Positions 57,119 to 64,000 of a DNA stretch of 64,000 nt are shown in pieces. Under the pieces are notes generated by a model. That model was given only the letters and a program-made list of their open reading frames with translations. It ran no database searches and was not told the origin of the DNA. This DNA is from Anaeromyxobacter sp. (GTDB taxonomy: Bacteria > Myxococcota > Myxococcia > Myxococcales > Anaeromyxobacteraceae). The translations under genes were made by a program, and so were the position numbers. The stretch covers positions 512,001-576,000 of the forward strand of contig JASGJN010000026.1 of the NCBI GenBank assembly GCA_049840735.1, in the 5' to 3' direction. Position 1 is the stretch's first letter, and every line of letters starts with the position of its first letter.

Positions 57119-58417
57119 TCAGCGCGCTGCCGGCTGCGGGCCGGCGGCCGGCGGGTGCGCGGCCCGCTGGATGGCCAGCGTCAGCACCATGGCCATGAAG
57201 GGCAGCGCCGCCAGCGCCATCAGCGCCACGGAGAAGCTGCCGGTGGAGGTCTTGATCCAGCCGATCATGTACGGCGCCGCGAAGCCGGACAGGTTGCCGA
57301 TGGAGTTGACCAGGGCGATGCTGGCCGCGGCGGCGGTGCCGCTCATCAGGCCGGTGGGCAGGGTCCAGTAGGGCGGCAGCACGGCGAAGATGCCGAAGCC
57401 GGCCAGGCAGATGAAGACCATCTTGAGCACCGGGTCCTCCAGCTGGCTGCCGATCGCGAGGCAGCTGGCGGTGAGGAGCAGCGGGCCGGCCACGTGCCAG
57501 GTGCGCTCGCCGGTCCGGTCGGAGTGCTGGCCCCACCAGTACATGGCGGCGGCGCCGCAGGCGTAGGGGAGCGCGGAGATCACGCCGGTCTGGAAGTTGG
57601 TGACGCCGAAGGCCTTGACGATGGTGGGCAGCCAGAAGGAGAGGCCGTAGTTGGAGGCGGCCACGCCGAAGTAGATGAGCCCCAGCACCAGCACCCGCGG
57701 GTTGGCGAGCCCCTGCCAGAGCGAGATGCGGTGGACGATGGCGCGGCTGGCGCGGTCCCGCTCCATCACGCGCTCCAGCGTTTCGCGCTCCTCGGGCGTG
57801 AGCCACTTCGCCTCGGAGGGGCGGTCGGACAGGAAGCGGTAGACCCAGAGGCCGAAGAAGACCGCCGGCAGCCCCTCGATGATGAAGAGCCACTTCCAGC
57901 CCTGCAGGCCGAGCACGCCGTGGGTGGAGAGGATCAGCCCGGAGAGCGGGCCGCCGATCACGGTGGCGATGGGGTTGGCCAGCATGAGCGTGCCGATCAC
58001 GCGGGCGCGCTGCTGGGCCGGGAACCAGTAGGTCAGGTAGAAGACGATGCCGGGGAAGAAGCCGGCCTCGGCCATGCCCAGCAGGAAGCGGAGCGTGTAG
58101 AAGCTGGCCTGCCCCTGGACCAGCGCCATGGCCATGGAGATGACGCCCCAGGTCAGCATGATGCGGGCGATCCACTTGCGGGCGCCGAACCGCTCCAGCG
58201 CGACGTTGCTGGGCACCTCGAACAGGAAGTAGCCGATGAAGAAGATGCCGGCGCCCCAGCCGTAGACCAGCGGGGTGAAGCCGAGGTCCTTGTTCATCTC
58301 CAGCGCCGCGAACCCGACGTTCACGCGGTCGATGTAGGCGATGAAGTAGCAGACGATCAGGAACGGCAGCAGCCGGAGCCGGACCTTGCGGAAGACCTGC
58401 TGCTCGAGATCGGACAC
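57119..58417 (-). CDS. MFS anion/acid transporter
   Basis: YIDRVNVGFA, FEVPSN, AEAGFFPG, NSIGNL. Confidence 0.92.
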   Translation of the reverse strand: MSDLEQQVFRKVRLRLLPFLIVCYFIAYIDRVNVGFAALEMNKDLGFTPLVYGWGAGIFFIGYFLFEVPSNVALERFGARKWIARIMLTWGVISMAMALVQGQASFYTLRFLLGMAEAGFFPGIVFYLTYWFPAQQRARVIGTLMLANPIATVIGGPLSGLILSTHGVLGLQGWKWLFIIEGLPAVFFGLWVYRFLSDRPSEAKWLTPEERETLERVMERDRASRAIVHRISLWQGLANPRVLVLGLIYFGVAASNYGLSFWLPTIVKAFGVTNFQTGVISALPYACGAAAMYWWGQHSDRTGERTWHVAGPLLLTASCLAIGSQLEDPVLKMVFICLAGFGIFAVLPPYWTLPTGLMSGTAAAASIALVNSIGNLSGFAAPYMIGWIKTSTGSFSVALMALAALPFMAMVLTLAIQRAAHPPAAGPQPAAR

Positions 58418-58477
58418 GGGCTACCTCCCTGCTGGTGGGACTCCTACATCCGGCGACCTGTCCGCTGCCTGATGGTT

Positions 58478-58624
58478 AGTAGCTATACTACAAAATCGAC
58501 TGCGGCAAGGGACCCTGTCGGGTGCGCACGCGGAGTCCGTCATCGAAGCGTTACCGCTGGCGTTCAACGAAAAATGACGCATCGCGCGGCTGTTCGCGGG
58601 TCTTGGAAATGTAGCGTAACTACA
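58478..58624. promoter_or_regulatory. Two HexR-type operators
   Basis: AGTAGCTATACTACA (58478-58492) and TGTAGCGTAACTACA (58610-58624), TGTAG-N5-CTACA pattern. Confidence 0.75.
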
Positions 58625-58696
58625 ACATTGGTCGCGCAAGAGTGTGGTAGGTGTTCGGAAACACAGGCGTCCGCAGGCGTGGAAAGGCCGCAACAC

Positions 58697-59551
58697 GTGC
58701 GACACCCGAACGTCCTCGAACAGGTCCGGAGCATGCTGGACCAGCTGCGCCGGTCGGAGCGGAAGGTGGCCGAGAAGGTGCTGGCCAACCCCGCCGACTT
58801 CGTGCACCAGCCGCTGGCCGCGGTGGCCCGCAGCGCCGGGGTGAGCGAGCCCACCGTGGTCCGCTTCTGCCGCGCGGTGGGGGCCGACGGCTACCAGGAC
58901 TTCCGCCTCCGCCTGGCCATGTCGCTGGGCTCGGGCGACGGCCTGCCCTACGTCTCCGAGGACATCGGCCCGGGCGACTCGATCCGCGAGGTGATCCAGA
59001 AGAGCGCCGACCACGCGCTCTCGGCGCTCAAGGAGGTCCGCGACGCGCTCGACCCGGCCGCGGTGGGCGCGGTGGTGGAGGCGCTGGCGGTCGCGCGGCG
59101 CGTGCAGTTCTACGGCTCGGGCGCCTCGGGCGTGGTGGCGCTGGACGCCCAGCACAAGTTCATCCGCATGGACGTGCCGGGCATCGCCTACGTGGACGCG
59201 CACCAGCGCGTGATGGCGGCGGCGGCCACCGGCCCGGGGGACGTGGTGCTGGCCTTCTCCTCCACCGGCCGCAGCCGCGACATCGCCCACGCCACGGCGC
59301 TGGCCCGCTCCAACGGCGCCACCTCGGTGGGCGTGACGCGCGCCGGCTCGCGCCTGGCGGAGGCCTGCTCGCTGGTGATCGACCTGCCGGCGCGCGAGAA
59401 CACCGAGCTCTACACGCCCATGGTCTCGCGCCTGGCCCAGCTCCTGGTGGTGGACGTGCTGGTCACGGGCCTGATGCTGCGCCGCGGCCCTGCGCTGGTG
59501 GACCACCTGCGCAAGCTGAAGGTCAGCCTGGCCTACTTCCGGGAGGAGTGA
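58697..59551 (+). CDS. hexR: RpiR/HexR-family regulator
   Basis: SERKVA, VSEPTVVRFCR, DAQHKF, TPMVSRLAQL. Confidence 0.85.
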   Translation: MRHPNVLEQVRSMLDQLRRSERKVAEKVLANPADFVHQPLAAVARSAGVSEPTVVRFCRAVGADGYQDFRLRLAMSLGSGDGLPYVSEDIGPGDSIREVIQKSADHALSALKEVRDALDPAAVGAVVEALAVARRVQFYGSGASGVVALDAQHKFIRMDVPGIAYVDAHQRVMAAAATGPGDVVLAFSSTGRSRDIAHATALARSNGATSVGVTRAGSRLAEACSLVIDLPARENTELYTPMVSRLAQLLVVDVLVTGLMLRRGPALVDHLRKLKVSLAYFREE

Positions 59552-59585
59552 GGGCGCCTTCGCAGCGCTGCCCTCCGACCCCTGG

Positions 59586-59757
59586 CCTTCGACTCCGCGC
59601 CCGCGATGCGGGCGCTACGCTCTGGCCGAACGGAGTTCACTGTCCGTTCGCCTTGGGCTCTTCGACTCCGCCGCGGCTACGCTCAGGGCGAACGGGGCGG
59701 GATGGCCGTTCGGCCTGAGCGTAGGGTCCGCCGGCAGGCGGGCCCGGAGTCGAAGGC
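59586..59757. repeat. Cluster of REP-like copies (59586-59633, 59660-59695, inverted 59706-59757, partial 59644-59657)
   Basis: Repeated CTTCGACTCCG...CTACGCTC..GAACGG units between convergent genes. Confidence 0.88.
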
Positions 59758-59766
59758 CAGGGTCTT

Positions 59767-61833
59767 CTACGGCGCCTCCCCCGCCAGCGCCGAGCTGCGG
59801 CGCTGCACGAAGCGCTTCAGCGTGTCGTTGCTCTCGATGGCCTCGGCGAAGGCGTCGCCCGGGTACGGGCCGCCCAGCTGCTCGGCGAGCGAGTTCTGCG
59901 CGCTCACCCAGGACCCGTAGGTGTAGCGGTCGCCCAGCGCGGCGGCGCGGCGGTAGTCGGTGTCGCCGCTGTCGGGCGAGGCCGCGGTGGTGGCGGCGAT
60001 GGCCGGCTCGAGCCGCGTCACCCAGGCCTCGACCACCGGGCCGGTGCGGTGGCTCCAGTCCAGCCACTCGCCGCGGATGGCGGACACCTGGTCCAGCAGC
60101 TCCTGGCGGTGCGCGGCGCTCTCGAAGATCCGGTCGTAGAGCACGGGGTTCATGGTCTCCGGCACCCGCACGTCGCGCCAGCGCTCCGTCGTGCCGGCGA
60201 AGATGGTGGTGGAGACCACGTCGCGGAAGGGCAGCGTGTCCGGCCAGGACGCGATGTGCGTGTCGCGGAAGGTGAAGTCGTAGTCGTACGGGATGTAGGT
60301 CCACTTGCCGGTGTCGGGGTTCAGGTACAGGTAGTAGTTGTTGGCCACGCGCGCGTAGTGGTCCACGCCGCCGATGGCGACGTCCACCGCCTGCGCGCGG
60401 ATGAAGCCGTCCACGTCCAGCGCCGCCTCGATCTGCGAGAGCGGCGTGGCCGGGTCGGCCACCTTGGCGATGAAGGCGCGCAGCGCGGCCCGCGCCTCCA
60501 CCACGCCCGACTTCCTGGTCTTGAGGTCGTAGCTCGGGCGGTAGGGGGCGAACTGCGAGGTCGGGCCGCCGTCCTGGTTGATGGCGGAGTTCACGTAGTC
60601 CGGGTCGGCGGCGTGCTCGGCGCCCACCCAGTCGGCGCGGGTGTCGGGGTCGGACTGCTCCACGCCGACGGTGCAGAAGTCCGGGTCCACGAAGACGGCG
60701 CCGCGGCTCTCGTAGGGCACGCAGCCCTCCGGGTCGAGCCAGGAGAGGTCGCCGCCGGAGACCTTGAACATGTAGCCGTTGCGGCCGAAGCTCCGGACCA
60801 GGAACGGCTTGTCCACCGGCTCCACCAGGGTGAACACGCCCATCTGCGTGGTCTGGGGCAGGGCGCGGTTGTTGAGCCAGGGGTTGCGTGCGGTCGCGGT
60901 CACCACCAGCTCCAGGGTGGTGTGCACGGCGCGCGCGGCGGGCACGCCGCTGTCGCGCAGCACGGTGTAGGCCAGCGCCTCGCGGACGTAGGTGGGGTCG
61001 TCCTTGTTGTACTTGAGGGCCACCGCCTCGAGGCCCATGAACGTCCGGTCCTTGTTGGCGGCGACCTCCGGGACGTCGTCGGCGATGAGGCCGCTGCAGT
61101 TGCCGGCCCAGCTCGCGGTGGGTTGACCGTTCGCGTCGATGCAGGCGTAGACGCTCTCGTCGCCGTCGAAGGTCTCGTCAAACTTGAGGTTCAGGTGGAA
61201 GCGGCGCGGGATGGCGGTCCAGCTGCCGTCCCCCTGGTCGTACCAGTACTCCGGCCACATGCGGCTGGTGCTGCCGCGCATCCGGAAGCCCACGTCCGGC
61301 AGCGTGGCCGTCACCTGGCCCTGGTCGTCCAGCACCTCCAGCGTGCCGCGCCGGTAGACCTCGCTCACCGTCCAGAGGTTCCAGGCCGGCCAGCCGCGGG
61401 CGTCGGTGAGGTAGCCGGAGCGGCCGGTCTGCAGCACGAAGGCGCTCCACTCGTCGGCGCTCACGGTCAGCCGCAGGTGGTGGACCTGGGCCGGGTCGAG
61501 GAAGGCGGCGCTCTCGTCGGTGGAGCAGCGCACGGCCACGTCGCTCACCGCGCCTGCGCGGGCGGCGCCGATGGCCCTGTCCACCACGCAGTGGGCGCCG
61601 GCCGGCTGCTGCGCGACCTCGACCTCGTACCGGTCGCCGGCGGCCAGGAGCACCGGGAAGGAGAACGCGCCGTTGCCGCTGACCTCCAGCGCCTGGCCGA
61701 CCGCGGCCAGCGTCAGGTGCTGCCCGCCGGGCAGGCCGGAGACGGTGCCGCCGAAGCTCACGTCCTTCGGGGCGTCGCTGCCGCCCTTGCAGGCGGCCAG
61801 GAGCAGCGTCAACGTCAGGAGCGATCGGCGCAT
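59767..61833 (-). CDS. CotH kinase family lipoprotein
   Basis: Lipobox LAAC, GFRMRGSTSR, DPTYVRE, NNYYLY, IPYDYDFTF. Confidence 0.85.
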   Translation of the reverse strand: MRRSLLTLTLLLAACKGGSDAPKDVSFGGTVSGLPGGQHLTLAAVGQALEVSGNGAFSFPVLLAAGDRYEVEVAQQPAGAHCVVDRAIGAARAGAVSDVAVRCSTDESAAFLDPAQVHHLRLTVSADEWSAFVLQTGRSGYLTDARGWPAWNLWTVSEVYRRGTLEVLDDQGQVTATLPDVGFRMRGSTSRMWPEYWYDQGDGSWTAIPRRFHLNLKFDETFDGDESVYACIDANGQPTASWAGNCSGLIADDVPEVAANKDRTFMGLEAVALKYNKDDPTYVREALAYTVLRDSGVPAARAVHTTLELVVTATARNPWLNNRALPQTTQMGVFTLVEPVDKPFLVRSFGRNGYMFKVSGGDLSWLDPEGCVPYESRGAVFVDPDFCTVGVEQSDPDTRADWVGAEHAADPDYVNSAINQDGGPTSQFAPYRPSYDLKTRKSGVVEARAALRAFIAKVADPATPLSQIEAALDVDGFIRAQAVDVAIGGVDHYARVANNYYLYLNPDTGKWTYIPYDYDFTFRDTHIASWPDTLPFRDVVSTTIFAGTTERWRDVRVPETMNPVLYDRIFESAAHRQELLDQVSAIRGEWLDWSHRTGPVVEAWVTRLEPAIAATTAASPDSGDTDYRRAAALGDRYTYGSWVSAQNSLAEQLGGPYPGDAFAEAIESNDTLKRFVQRRSSALAGEAP

Positions 61834-61938
61834 GAGGTCTCCCCGGGGGTGGTGCGCGCCCGGCGTGGGCGCGCGCAGCTTACCCCGCACAGACGAGGCG
61901 CGGCGACCGGTGTGACCGGCGACGCGCCTGCACCCCGC

Positions 61939-64000
61939 TCAGTGCTCCACTGCGGCCGCCGAGGTGAGCTCCGGGCGCACCAGGTTGTCGTCCGAGTTGC
62001 GGTCGATCCGCTCGTTGAACGGGTCCAGGCCGGCGAAGGCGGGCGCGCGGTCCACCACCGCGGTGAGCACCTGCTCGCCGTCGTGGACGCGCCGCTTCTC
62101 CAGCAGGATCACCGAGCCCTCGTCGAACCCCTGCTTGCCGGGCTCGGCCTCGAACAGCCCCACCTCGACCAGCTCGTCCATGGCCGCCTCGGCCTCGACG
62201 CCCTTGCCGTCGGCGTACTTCTTGGCGGCGCGCACCGTCAGCGCCACGTCGAAGCGGCCGTCGGGCCGCGGCGTGACCTGGGCGGCCACGGCCTGCAGGT
62301 CGTAGAGCGTGATCCGCTCGAACAGGTCGGCGATGAGCTGCTCGTGCTCCGGCCCGGCCTCCTCGCGCAGCAGCCGCAGGAAGTCGGCCGAGGTCGGGTA
62401 CGGCGCGGGCTTGAGGCCGTACTGCGCGATGAGCCGGCGCAGCGCGCGGTCGATGGGCTCGCGCCCCACCACCTCGGCCAGCCAGGCCATGGCGAGCGTG
62501 CCCTTCTGGTAATAGACGTAGGACTGGTCCTCGACCTGGGCCAGCGGCAGCTCCTCCAGCAGCTCGGTGCCGCGCGAGGCCAGGTACCGGTCCAGCTCGT
62601 ACTTGAGGAAGCGGCGCACCTGCGCCTTCCCGTAGAGGTCCTCCATCACGCGCAGCGCCGAGTACTGCGAGAAGGACTCGGAGAGCAGCGTCGCCCCCTG
62701 CTCCTCGGCGCCAATCACCTGGTGCGCCCACCACTGGTGCGCCACCTCGTGGGCGGTGACGTAGGTGGCCAGGTCCACCTTCTCCGGGTCCGAGCCGTCG
62801 GCGACGAAGCCGATCGACTCGGAGAAGGGGATGGTGTTGGCGAAGGACTGGGCGAAGGTGGCGTAGGCCGGGAACTCCAGGATGCGCAGCTGCCGGAACT
62901 GGAACGGCGAGTAGGCCTGCTGGAAGAGCTCCAGCGAGCGACGCATGGCCAGCATCATCCGGTCCACGTTGTAGGGGTGGTCCGGGTGGTACAGCACGCT
63001 GGTGGTCACCGCGCCGACCTGCTCGGTCCGGACCGCGTAGCGGGCCGACTGGAGCGAGAAGAAGTGGTGGATGGGCGCGTCGGTCCGGGTGTGGATGGTG
63101 CGGCGGCCGCCCGCCGTCCGGTCCTCCAGCAGGTAGCCGGGCGCCACCGGCAGCTGGTCGGCGTCGGTGGTGACGGTCAGGTCGGCGTTCACCCAGTCCG
63201 AGTCGCGGCGCAGGTAGTGGTAGGCGCGGGCCCGATCGTCGCCCAGCCTGGCCCAGCGCGGCGGGTCGCCCAGGCCGTACTTGCGCCGCTTGGAGCAATC
63301 CTTGAGCGTCTCCTCGCCGTACCAGAAGCCGAACTGCAGCCCCAGCTCGAAGCTGTCCACGAAGGTCCCGTTCTCGACCACTCGCGTGAGCGGGTCGAGG
63401 GCCGGGAAGCCGCGCTCCTGCAGCCGCGTGGCGAAGCCGACGCTGCGCCGCTCACCGGGCGCCATGGGCGTGGCCAGCCGGTAGATGCGGTAGTGGAGCG
63501 GGCCGAAGTCCTGCTCCAGCGTGGCGCCGGGCAGCTCCAGCGACACCAGCTCGGTGCGCAGGTTCCAGCGCACGTGGAGCCGGTCGAGCGGGGCGCCGGT
63601 CCGGTTCTCCAGGTCGTAGCGGCCGCGGGTCTCCACCCGCACCTGGCGCGGGAAGAGCTGCACGTCCAGCGTGACGTCGGTGACCTTGGGCTGCGGCAGC
63701 CCCAGGTACGGCGAGAGCTGCTTCTCCACCTCGGCCAGGCGGGCCTCCGCCGCGCGCGACGGGACGTAGGCGTTGAGGACGTTGGTGTTGGTGAAGATCC
63801 AGCTTCCCGTCCCCACCCAGACCAGCGCCGCCCCGCCCGCGAGGGCCGCGGGCGAACCGGCCAGCCGGCGGCGCAGGCCGCGCAGCCGCGGGCGGAGCGC
63901 CTGGTCGTTGCCGCGGCGCGAGAGGCCGTGGGCCACCACCAGCAGGATCACGGCGAAGGCGGCCCAGTAAAGCGTCAGCCAGGCCGCGCCAATCCAGAAG
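61939..64000 (-). CDS. Membrane-anchored M1 aminopeptidase (ABC-permease fusion type; 5' end off the window)
   Basis: FAQSF, HEVAHQWW (HExxH), LSES, YYQKG, N-terminal TM segments. Confidence 0.88.
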   Translation of the reverse strand, partial: FWIGAAWLTLYWAAFAVILLVVAHGLSRRGNDQALRPRLRGLRRRLAGSPAALAGGAALVWVGTGSWIFTNTNVLNAYVPSRAAEARLAEVEKQLSPYLGLPQPKVTDVTLDVQLFPRQVRVETRGRYDLENRTGAPLDRLHVRWNLRTELVSLELPGATLEQDFGPLHYRIYRLATPMAPGERRSVGFATRLQERGFPALDPLTRVVENGTFVDSFELGLQFGFWYGEETLKDCSKRRKYGLGDPPRWARLGDDRARAYHYLRRDSDWVNADLTVTTDADQLPVAPGYLLEDRTAGGRRTIHTRTDAPIHHFFSLQSARYAVRTEQVGAVTTSVLYHPDHPYNVDRMMLAMRRSLELFQQAYSPFQFRQLRILEFPAYATFAQSFANTIPFSESIGFVADGSDPEKVDLATYVTAHEVAHQWWAHQVIGAEEQGATLLSESFSQYSALRVMEDLYGKAQVRRFLKYELDRYLASRGTELLEELPLAQVEDQSYVYYQKGTLAMAWLAEVVGREPIDRALRRLIAQYGLKPAPYPTSADFLRLLREEAGPEHEQLIADLFERITLYDLQAVAAQVTPRPDGRFDVALTVRAAKKYADGKGVEAEAAMDELVEVGLFEAEPGKQGFDEGSVILLEKRRVHDGEQVLTAVVDRAPAFAGLDPFNERIDRNSDDNLVRPELTSAAAVEH

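Noticed and set aside
59586..59757. Possible CRISPR array
   Set aside because: Units are in mixed orientation, lack unique regular spacers, have no cas genes nearby and belong to the dispersed REP-like family

Overview
Very GC-rich bacterial DNA; gene content suggests an Anaeromyxobacter-like myxobacterium (inference). In order: a sulfate assimilation operon (cysD-cysN-cysH-cysC-cysT) divergent from sbp plus a porin; a CheW protein with an inserted CZB domain; a Cus-type RND metal efflux system with sensor kinase and cupredoxin under apparent sigma54 control; a ribose-type ABC transporter; an ECF sigma / anti-sigma / exported caspase / paralogous lipoprotein module; an IS110-family (IS1111-type) element; a SARP-type regulator; a succinate dehydrogenase operon; CheBR/CheB signalling genes; a HexR-controlled sugar-acid catabolic operon; a CotH lipoprotein; and a truncated membrane M1 aminopeptidase. 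The strongest signal is the IS1111 element. It sits inside one copy of a GTAG REP-like repeat at a duplicated CT core, and its 3' non-coding end carries hairpin loops matching both its target and its own circle junction, i.e. a readable bridge/seek RNA whose donor loop looks non-canonical. All six broken ORFs found are repaired by restoring a GATC site, which points to methylation-linked sequencing errors rather than pseudogenes. Coordinates not taken from the ORF track were counted by hand; no database searches were run.
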